Source: a virus. Taken from it: a stretch of 64,000 nucleotides of DNA. The notes beneath the pieces were generated by a model. It worked only from the letters and a program-made list of their open reading frames with translations, made no database searches and was not told where the DNA came from. The position numbers were made by a program, and so were the translations under genes. The stretch lies in the IMG/VR virus record IMGVR_UViG_3300029267_001061, positions 3,332 to 67,331 of that record. One strand, written 5' to 3'. Below, piece after piece: positions 9,517 through 17,137 of this stretch (positions are counted from its first letter, which is position 1; every line of letters begins with the position of its first letter).

Positions 9517-10365
9517 ATGTCCGAATTCCGCAAGGGTATGGCATGCGAGATGGTACCGTTCGAGGACATCGTCTCTCGAACGATTGAAGGTACCGGCGGT
9601 CTCACGTTTGGCGTCCCGGTTCAGGTAGGTACTGACCAGGAGAAGCAAGTCAAGGCCTGGGCTTCAGGCGGACGGCTCTTCGGGTTCACGCTCTTCGATG
9701 GGCGCAAGGGTACCGGCCCGGACGACGCCGGAACCGTAGTTCGGTTCTACGCGGAGAAGATTGCTGGTGCTGTGATGCGGAAGGGTCGGATCTGGGTTGA
9801 AGCTGGCGCAACGATCGTTGCTGGCGGCCAACTCGCGTTGCTCAAGACGGCAACTTCTTTCCCGACCACGACGACGACTCTCGCCGAAGCGAGCTCCGGA
9901 ACGGATCCGGCGTTCGGTACGGAAGACGACCTTGTCATCGCTTACTCGATCCTCGGCCCCTGGGGCGAATCCGCCCTGAAGGGTGCTTCCGCGGCAACCG
10001 ATGTCAGTGGCTACACGAACTACATCGAAGTCACGGTTCCGGGTCAGGACGCGCTTCCGAAGGGGACAACGTACCTCCAGCTGTGGGCATCCACGGATGG
10101 CGGCACTACGTTCGCTCCTCTGACCGACCACAAGATCGCTTGGGCCGACATCACCGATGCCGCAACCCACGTCGAAGACCTGAAGGGCGCCGACGATGAC
10201 GTCGGAGCAACGGAACCCGAAGCTGCGGATCCGACCCTTCTGGCCGTTGGGGCTGTACTGCCGACGACCGATACCCGTGACATCACCACGTTCTCGGGGA
10301 CGGAGTTTCTGTCCGGTGCAGCCAAGGGTGAGCTGGTGAAGCTCGAACTCAATCTGCCCGCCTAG
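9517..10365 (+). CDS. Head decoration protein with inserted beta domain
   Basis: FGVPVQVG...VMRKGRIWV motif; lies between scaffold and capsid genes. Confidence 0.7.
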   Translation: MSEFRKGMACEMVPFEDIVSRTIEGTGGLTFGVPVQVGTDQEKQVKAWASGGRLFGFTLFDGRKGTGPDDAGTVVRFYAEKIAGAVMRKGRIWVEAGATIVAGGQLALLKTATSFPTTTTTLAEASSGTDPAFGTEDDLVIAYSILGPWGESALKGASAATDVSGYTNYIEVTVPGQDALPKGTTYLQLWASTDGGTTFAPLTDHKIAWADITDAATHVEDLKGADDDVGATEPEAADPTLLAVGAVLPTTDTRDITTFSGTEFLSGAAKGELVKLELNLPA

Positions 10366-10378
10366 GAGGGGATAACAG

Positions 10379-11272
10379 ATGAAGAAAGGACTTGGAGTTC
10401 GTACCGACACTGTTCTGTACCCTCGAGACCTGCAGAGCATCGATTCGACGCTCTACCAGCCGAAGGAATCGGAACTCATTGCTCGCCGGGTATTCTCCCT
10501 GAAGACGGATGACCCGGAGTGGGCAGAGACGATCGGATACGACAAGCAGACACGCGCTGGTTCCGCTGCCATCCTGAACTTGATGGCTTCCAACCTGCCG
10601 TTCGTCGACGTCGATGTGACCCGCGCGATTCAGCGCGTCCACACGCTCGCCACGGCATGGAAGCTTCGGTTCGCTGAGGTGGAAGCAGCCCGCGCCGCTG
10701 GCAAGCAACTGGAACCCGCGAAGGCCGCCGCAGCCCGCCGCTACATGGCTGCCGAGGAGAACTCCCTCGCCTTCAACGGTGACTCTGGATTCAACATCCT
10801 CGGTGTCTTCACGTCAACGGACCGCCTCGAGACCAGCGCCACGAACGGCGATTGGGATACGTTGGGCGAAACCGATGGCCCGAAGATCGTTGCCGACATC
10901 CGCAAGGGTCGCATGGCCCAGAACAAGCTGGATGGCTTCGACACCCAGGTGCTGATCCTCAGCTCCGAGAACTACGAGTACCTCGGGTACTTCATGAGCG
11001 ACCGGTACGACATCACGGTTCTCGAGTACCTCCGCAAGGTCAACTGGTTCCCGGGCGGGATCTACGCATCCAGTGAGATCTCCAACACGAAGATCGCAAT
11101 GCTGGACAACCGACCAGAACAGGTTCAGCTCTCCATCCCGAAGGACATGGAGCGCCTCGACCCCTGGAAGGACAGCCCGTTCAGCACGGTCATCCCCGTG
11201 TTCCAGCGGATCTCCGGCCTCGTCGTCCGATTCCCGCAGTGCATCTCGGTCGTGACCGGGATTCAGAGCTAG
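10379..11272 (+). CDS. Major capsid protein (DUF2184/HK97 fold)
   Basis: LQSIDSTLY, AFNGD..FNILG, GLVVRFP motifs; 297 aa. Confidence 0.9.
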   Translation: MKKGLGVRTDTVLYPRDLQSIDSTLYQPKESELIARRVFSLKTDDPEWAETIGYDKQTRAGSAAILNLMASNLPFVDVDVTRAIQRVHTLATAWKLRFAEVEAARAAGKQLEPAKAAAARRYMAAEENSLAFNGDSGFNILGVFTSTDRLETSATNGDWDTLGETDGPKIVADIRKGRMAQNKLDGFDTQVLILSSENYEYLGYFMSDRYDITVLEYLRKVNWFPGGIYASSEISNTKIAMLDNRPEQVQLSIPKDMERLDPWKDSPFSTVIPVFQRISGLVVRFPQCISVVTGIQS

Positions 11273-11283
11273 AGGAGGATGAA

Positions 11284-11727
11284 ATGAGTCGATCACTTAC
11301 GATCGTGAATCATGACAACTGTACGCTCCATGTGGAAGGCCTGTTCCTTCTGCGCGGTGAGAACGCGGACGTGAATCCTGACCTGTGGAAGCAGGTTGAG
11401 AACACGACGCTCGTCCAGGAGTGGATTCGCGAGGGCAAGATCGAGGTGCTCAAGACTCAAGTTTCAATGAAGTCCACCAAGCGGGGAAATGGTTCCGACC
11501 ATGACCCCGCTGCGGTGGGCGATCAGCGAAACTTCGCCATGGAAGCGGCCACAGAAGAAATCTTGGCCAGGAGACGGGAGCTGCTGCAGAGCAACGCGGC
11601 CCAGCTTCAGGATCACTTCCAAGGACTACGTGCCACAGGGATGGATCGCGCTGAGGCGATTCAGTACCTGGCCGGGCACTACGGTCTTGAGCCGGAGACG
11701 GTTGCAGGGAGGTTAGGAGATGGCTAG
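11284..11727 (+). CDS. Hypothetical head-associated protein
   Basis: SD GAGGAGG; N-terminus similar to 12642-13139. Confidence 0.65.
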   Translation: MSRSLTIVNHDNCTLHVEGLFLLRGENADVNPDLWKQVENTTLVQEWIREGKIEVLKTQVSMKSTKRGNGSDHDPAAVGDQRNFAMEAATEEILARRRELLQSNAAQLQDHFQGLRATGMDRAEAIQYLAGHYGLEPETVAGRLGDG

Positions 11728-12043
11728 AGTAACGTACTCGGAAGTCAACGCGATTGGCGGATTCAAGGCCACGTCTGCGGAGATGGCTCCTTTCATAGAG
11801 CTGGCTCACCAGATCCTGCCGGATGACGACATCGCGTCGGCTGATCGCAAGCACATGGAACTTCTGCTTGCGGCGCACCTGTTCGCGTCCATGGTCGAAC
11901 CGCCCGTCCAGTCTGAGAAGGGTGGAGAGGTCAGTGTGACGTACGCACAAGTTGTGCGGGATGGGTTCGGGGGTACTTCTTGGGGCCAGATGTACGAGAC
12001 CCTGCTCAGGAAGCAGAAAGGTGTATCGGTGAAGATTCTCTGA
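11720..12043 (+). CDS. Head-tail connector (DUF4054-like)
   Basis: LLAAHL...GEVSVTY...TSWGQMY. Confidence 0.75.
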   Translation: MARVTYSEVNAIGGFKATSAEMAPFIELAHQILPDDDIASADRKHMELLLAAHLFASMVEPPVQSEKGGEVSVTYAQVVRDGFGGTSWGQMYETLLRKQKGVSVKIL

Positions 12044-12630
12044 TGCCCGTCGAACTGCGCGAATCATCTAATGGGAACATGGAGCGAGTCCAGCGCGAGC
12101 TGGACAAGCTGAACACGATGGAAGTCAAAGTTGGCTTCTTCGCGTCCGGCGATTCCAAGATGCTCATGATCGCGTCGGTTCACGAGTTCGGAATCAGCAT
12201 CACAGTCACCGAGAAGATGCGCGGGTGGTTGGGCGTGCACGGTTTGCACCTCAAGAAAGAAACCACCCACATCAACATCCCGGAGCGAAGTTTCATTCGC
12301 ACGGGGATTGATGAGTGGGCCAAGCGCACAGGCCCTACCATCCTGAGGAAGGGAATCGACGCTATTCTACAGGGCGAGGCTACGGCTGAGCAACTGGGAG
12401 AGCGTTTGGGGATCGGTATGGCCGGCGCTGTGAAAGCAATGATCAAGAAGGTGAAGGAGCCACCGCTCCACCCCTTCTCAACTCAGCGACGGGTTGCCTC
12501 GGTCAAGTCCAAGAAGGCGAAGATGAAAGCTGCTAGCAACCCGAACCCACTCATGGGTAGAGGAAGGATGCGACAGGCTGTGACCTACAAGGTATCCTTC
12601 AAGAAGGCCGCGATGGCGGCCGCCGCTTAG
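12043..12630 (+). CDS. Neck/tail completion protein
   Basis: IASVHEFG...IPERSFIR...PL...AVTYKV motifs. Confidence 0.8.
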   Translation: MPVELRESSNGNMERVQRELDKLNTMEVKVGFFASGDSKMLMIASVHEFGISITVTEKMRGWLGVHGLHLKKETTHINIPERSFIRTGIDEWAKRTGPTILRKGIDAILQGEATAEQLGERLGIGMAGAVKAMIKKVKEPPLHPFSTQRRVASVKSKKAKMKAASNPNPLMGRGRMRQAVTYKVSFKKAAMAAAA

Positions 12631-12641
12631 GAGGTGAAACC

Positions 12642-13139
12642 ATGAAAGGACAATACATCGTCGTCAACTACGCGATCCATGTGCGTAAGCTGCTCAACGG
12701 CATCACACTGAGGCCAGGGCAGAACAAGGTTGACGGTCCCGCTTGGGACGAGATCGAGAACCATCTTCGAATCGTTGAGCTCATGGAAGCTGGCGAAGAG
12801 CAGGGTGGGATTGCGGTGTACAGTGCCGCTCAGATCTTCGAGCTGTCTTTAGAAGACCTCTCAGACGTGCAGAAGGTGGAAGAATTCAACGCCTTGTCTC
12901 GAGAGTCGGCAATTCAGTTCATTCATCGATGCGATGACGTGGCACTCCTCAAGGAGTTCCAAGCGACAGTGAAGTTCCCGCAAGTTGCGGCAGCGCTCAC
13001 AGCTCGCATCGCTGAACTTGAGAAGCCGAAGCGTACAACGCGCCAGACGAAGACGACTCGCCGACGGCCTACGAAACCTGTAGCGCCGGTGGAAGAAGAA
13101 GTCGAAGAAGAAGATGAAGACGAGGAGGAGGAGGAGTAA
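12642..13139 (+). CDS. Hypothetical virion-module protein with acidic tail
   Basis: SD GGAGGTG; N-terminus paralogous to 11284. Confidence 0.7.
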   Translation: MKGQYIVVNYAIHVRKLLNGITLRPGQNKVDGPAWDEIENHLRIVELMEAGEEQGGIAVYSAAQIFELSLEDLSDVQKVEEFNALSRESAIQFIHRCDDVALLKEFQATVKFPQVAAALTARIAELEKPKRTTRQTKTTRRRPTKPVAPVEEEVEEEDEDEEEEE

Positions 13140-13540
13140 TGATCCGATCAGGCCTGGTTCGCTTCATTGATCGCCGATCACGGACTTGGAGTATTGTCGG
13201 TGAAGATCGACAAGACGCCGAGACCGATGACTACGGGCGACCAATCCCAGCAGAACCCGAAGCCCAGGCCTTCGAGGGGTGCGATATCCAAGCGCTCTAC
13301 AGCAGAGCGAAGCTGGATGATGTTGGCCTCCTCGCTACCGGGTCGAAGATCCTGCTCGTCGTGAAGGGCGGTCTTTCGTTCGATGCCTCGGAACTGCGGA
13401 TCAATCGCAAGGTAACCGACCCCGATGGTGTGGAATGGGAAATCGTCGCTACTGGGGATATCTCCGACAAGGTGCTGCCTGATCGGCAGGCTGCGCGGGA
13501 CATTCTCCAGCTTACTATCAACAGGGTGGGCCTACAATGA
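13139..13540 (+). CDS. Head closure/adaptor protein
   Basis: DDYGRP motif, size and synteny. Confidence 0.6.
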   Translation: MIRSGLVRFIDRRSRTWSIVGEDRQDAETDDYGRPIPAEPEAQAFEGCDIQALYSRAKLDDVGLLATGSKILLVVKGGLSFDASELRINRKVTDPDGVEWEIVATGDISDKVLPDRQAARDILQLTINRVGLQ

Positions 13541-14445
13541 GTCAAGTAACCGTAGATCCTGGTCTTTCTCGCGTGATCAAGGTGGTACGCACTGGGCTTC
13601 TAACGAAGCTCGCTGGTGCTAACCCCACGATCGTGCAGAAGGACGGTGTCTTCGAGCCCAAGAAATCGGATCTGCCTTTGGTCAGGCTGCGCTGGGGTAA
13701 CCGTCTCGTGCGGACCCTCACTCGGCCAGACCACCCGGTGAGATGGGAGTCAGTCGCAACTGACTGCTCCTTCGAAGCCAAACGATCCGGCACGCAAACG
13801 GGTTCCGGAACCACCCTGCTCGACCCCAATGGGGGATTCACCCAGGGAGATGCGCCAGTCGCCGTTGGTGACGTGGCTCGTAACATCTCACAGGGAACTG
13901 AGGGTACAGTGATCGCCGTAGTGAGTGACACCGAAGTGACGCTCGATGTTTCGCTCGCTGATGGCGAGTCCTATGACATTCACTGGCCTACGGACGTGAT
14001 GGAGTACTACGTGTTCGATTTCGTAGCGCTCCTGGAACTCGATGTCTACGCCAACTTCTATGCCGACCCAGACGCGGAGGAGCATCTCGACCAGATCATG
14101 CGCGCAATTCTCCAGTGGGTATGGGCAGACGGCCGGGAGTCACTTCAGGCCCAGGCAGTCGACATCGTTCGCTTTGACAAAGTCTCTGCGGATGATGAAA
14201 CGATCGGCACCGGCTTAGGCAGCGATTGGTACCAGCGCTCTGTCTTCGAGATGGAGCTACAGGTTGGAGATGGGTTCGGGATCCGCAAACCTAGCGTGGA
14301 GACCACAGCCATCGAAAGCCATCTGGTACGCGAGGTTAGTCGAGCTGAAGGGGAAGCTCTACCTGCGGATGAGAAGATTACCCGTGGAGACGAGATCCTC
14401 GAAATCATTCTGAGTGGCGAACACTCAGTGCAAGAGCCCTCTTAG
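13537..14445 (+). CDS. Tail terminator with inserted beta domain
   Basis: Directly before the sheath gene; LELDVY and RSVFEMELQV. Confidence 0.6.
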   Translation: MSQVTVDPGLSRVIKVVRTGLLTKLAGANPTIVQKDGVFEPKKSDLPLVRLRWGNRLVRTLTRPDHPVRWESVATDCSFEAKRSGTQTGSGTTLLDPNGGFTQGDAPVAVGDVARNISQGTEGTVIAVVSDTEVTLDVSLADGESYDIHWPTDVMEYYVFDFVALLELDVYANFYADPDAEEHLDQIMRAILQWVWADGRESLQAQAVDIVRFDKVSADDETIGTGLGSDWYQRSVFEMELQVGDGFGIRKPSVETTAIESHLVREVSRAEGEALPADEKITRGDEILEIILSGEHSVQEPS

Positions 14446-14456
14446 GAGGTGATTGG

Positions 14457-15938
14457 ATGCCGGTCGTACTTTCAACACGGCCCTCCCTGGACGTCGATGT
14501 CAACATCTTCCATAGCCTGTATCCTGTAGGCACGGCAAGATGGCACAACGTCCTACTGATCACCGATGACCCAGGCCCGAACGCAGGCCAGATCACGATC
14601 TACGGAGATATGTCCGAGCTCGCCGATGACTACTCAGTTGCATCCGTAACCTACAAGGCTGCGGATCAATTCTTCGATCAAGACAACGTGAACGAGATTC
14701 ACGTGCTCCCGATCGGACAGCAGGCAGACGGAAGTCCTCCGCTTTCGACTCACTGGTCCACCGCGTTCAACACGCATGTCAACCTGTATGGGCTGACGTG
14801 GTACTATACGGTACTCACCACCGGCAACGAAACCATCGTTGCTGAGATGGAAGATGCCATCAACAACCACGAGCTCATGTTCTACTCCCGCAACTACGCT
14901 GGAGACAGGGCGACACTCGTTACGGGCACTGGCGGCACGGAGGTCACGTGGACCGCGCGTCTCGAAGGCGCGTTGGGAAACAACCACACGATCGAGTACG
15001 AAGATCCGGGTGAAGTTAGCCAGGACCTGGCGCTCACTGCAACGGCCAACGCCAACGGCGGTTACGACATCAAGGTAAGTCTGGAGACAGATGGAGCCGG
15101 TGACATCGTGACCACGCCTGCGGATATCACGGCCGCAGTTGCTGCCGACGCACTCATCTCGTTCTTGGTGTTCTGTGAAGGAGCGGGCACTTCTGCCGTC
15201 TCCGCAGAGACCCAGGCCGCGATGGCAAATGGCGGAGACAACGCAGGAACGTTGACCTCGTACGCCTCGGTCGTCGAAACCGCAAACACGAACCGATTGA
15301 TCCCGATGGCTCACAAAGATCCGCACCTGTACTTCCCCGACCTCGTCGCGGTTGGTGTGTGCTCTCCCATGAACCCGGGATCCTTCACGATGAAGAACCG
15401 CATCCCGCTTGGTCTCCCGATGCCGGCTTACACCAGCACCGAGTACAACACCATGCGTGCGGCGAACATCAACTCGTTCTTCACCAACCCTGCCGGGCAC
15501 GACAACATCACGGACTTCTGGACTGCAGCTGGCCTGTACGGCGACATCCAGATGGCCATCGACGTTCTCAGCCATTGGCAGCGGATGGAGCTGTGGGACT
15601 TGCTCTCGCAGCCGCCGGCGGGATACCACAAGATCCCGTACGACAACGACGGGTTCATGATGATTGCCGATCGACTGTGGAGGACACTGAACCGTGGTGC
15701 CCGCCCGCAGTGGAACTTCATTGTGAGCCGAGACGGTCAGCCGGCCTGCGCGATCCATGCGCCGACCTTCCAGCAGACCGAGCTCGCGGATCGGAAGAAC
15801 CGAATCTACCGGCCTTGGTGGGAAGCGACATTCAAGGGCGCCGTCCACGAAGTTGTGGTCAACGGCTACCTCACCGTCGAGTTCATCCCGCCGTCCGAAG
15901 TCCGGTTGGGTTCTGGAACTGAATACAGCTACGTCTAG
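14457..15938 (+). CDS. Tail sheath protein (DUF3383-like)
   Basis: YKAAxxFFxQ, PGSFTMKN, KIPYDNDG, DRKNR, GAVHEVVVNG. Confidence 0.9.
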   Translation: MPVVLSTRPSLDVDVNIFHSLYPVGTARWHNVLLITDDPGPNAGQITIYGDMSELADDYSVASVTYKAADQFFDQDNVNEIHVLPIGQQADGSPPLSTHWSTAFNTHVNLYGLTWYYTVLTTGNETIVAEMEDAINNHELMFYSRNYAGDRATLVTGTGGTEVTWTARLEGALGNNHTIEYEDPGEVSQDLALTATANANGGYDIKVSLETDGAGDIVTTPADITAAVAADALISFLVFCEGAGTSAVSAETQAAMANGGDNAGTLTSYASVVETANTNRLIPMAHKDPHLYFPDLVAVGVCSPMNPGSFTMKNRIPLGLPMPAYTSTEYNTMRAANINSFFTNPAGHDNITDFWTAAGLYGDIQMAIDVLSHWQRMELWDLLSQPPAGYHKIPYDNDGFMMIADRLWRTLNRGARPQWNFIVSRDGQPACAIHAPTFQQTELADRKNRIYRPWWEATFKGAVHEVVVNGYLTVEFIPPSEVRLGSGTEYSYV

Positions 15939-15951
15939 GAGGTGACAACAC

Positions 15952-16380
15952 ATGCCCGCAATGGATACCAAGGTTCACTTCAGTAACCAGGTTCAAGTCC
16001 ATGCAGACGGTCATCCAGTTGACCTGCCCGCAAAGCGCAGCGACTGGGTGGAGTTCGCACCGGATGAGAACATCTCGGCACTGAAGGAATCGCTCTACGG
16101 CGGTGGCGAACGTGTCGTCACTGTCTCGACAAAGGGCACGCTTACCATTCGTGTCTTGGCGACGTCGAACTTCTCGCGAGATGCGATTCCTGCGCTCGTG
16201 CGAAAGACCCTGGAGACGGGGTACTTCGGCGTCACACTCCAGGACATGAACCGCGACAGCAAGATCACGATCTCCACCAACTTCGGTGGTGTGGTCGGCC
16301 GTCCGACGGTCAAGCGTGGAGGCCCGGAACTCGATGAGGTGGAGGTCGTCATCGACGGTTTCTGGAACATCACAAGCTAG
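15952..16380 (+). CDS. Tail tube protein
   Basis: 142 aa after the sheath; GTLTIRVLATS. Confidence 0.8.
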   Translation: MPAMDTKVHFSNQVQVHADGHPVDLPAKRSDWVEFAPDENISALKESLYGGGERVVTVSTKGTLTIRVLATSNFSRDAIPALVRKTLETGYFGVTLQDMNRDSKITISTNFGGVVGRPTVKRGGPELDEVEVVIDGFWNITS

Positions 16381-16397
16381 ATCGACAAGGAGCGTAA

Positions 16398-16497
16398 GCG
16401 GGATGGATACTAACCACGTGAAAGGCATCAACCTCCGCCTAGCAGGCGTGGAGAAGATCCGTCCCGCCCGCCCTCTAACCTGCGAAGGAGGTAGGTT
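16398..16497 (+). promoter_or_regulatory. Structured intergenic RNA with RBS-sequestering hairpin
   Basis: GCGGGATGGAT/ATCCGTCCCGC, CTCCGCCT/AGGCGTGGAG and AACCTGC/GTAGGTT enclosing AAGGAG. Confidence 0.5.
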
Positions 16498-16500
16498 GAA

Positions 16501-16914
16501 ATGACACAAGACAACCAGGATTTTGAACTGAGGCAAATGACGGTACCGGCGGAAGAAGGACTCGGCGTGGAGCGAACGCTTCTCGAGCCCACTCTGCCGG
16601 CGGCGCTTGAACTTCAAGAATCGTACATGGAGATCTTCGTCGACCAACGAAACGCTGAACGAGTGCAGATCAACTTGAAGGAATCGGAGTACATGCGGGA
16701 AGTGCTCAACAAGTACTGTGTACCAGCCATTGACATCGGTACACTGCCCGCTCGAGTCTATCCGCAAGTGCGGGCCATCATGGATACCTGGGAGGTGTTC
16801 TCCGGTGTTGGCGCTCTCCAACAAGTCATTCAAGATCGCGTCCAGCAAAGTGCTGGTGACGACACAGAACAGAGCGCCATCGATCCGAGAGCTGAAGAAG
16901 AGGGCGAGGAATAA
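16501..16914 (+). CDS. Tail assembly chaperone (G-like)
   Basis: Between tube and tape measure genes; strong SD. Confidence 0.7.
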   Translation: MTQDNQDFELRQMTVPAEEGLGVERTLLEPTLPAALELQESYMEIFVDQRNAERVQINLKESEYMREVLNKYCVPAIDIGTLPARVYPQVRAIMDTWEVFSGVGALQQVIQDRVQQSAGDDTEQSAIDPRAEEEGEE

Positions 16915-17137
16915 CCTCCTCTACTGGAAGCTCTTGTTCGATGGGTCGGCCACTGTGCCATTCGAGAGGATGATGCAGTGGCCGCTCTCCCGGGCCCTGG
17001 AAATGATCTTCGCGCGGGAGATGTGCGCTGAGTTAGAAAAGAAGGCCGCCGAGGATGCCATGGAAGAAGCGAAGAAGCCGAAGACGAAGGTCCAACCTTG
17101 GTATGAGACGGGGGCATTAGGAGACAGCCATGCTTAG
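16856..17137 (+). CDS. Tail assembly chaperone, second frame (T-like); start uncertain
   Basis: Overlaps the chaperone in the +1 frame and abuts the tape measure start. Confidence 0.55.
   Translation: MTTQNRAPSIRELKKRARNNLLYWKLLFDGSATVPFERMMQWPLSRALEMIFAREMCAELEKKAAEDAMEEAKKPKTKVQPWYETGALGDSHA

Noticed and set aside
10379-11272. Encapsulin nanocompartment
   Set aside because: It sits in a complete head-tail operon, so it is the phage capsid protein
9515-16380. Stop-codon reassignment suggested by frequent TAG stops
   Set aside because: Genes have expected lengths in code 11, and TAG often overlaps the next RBS (TAGGAGG)
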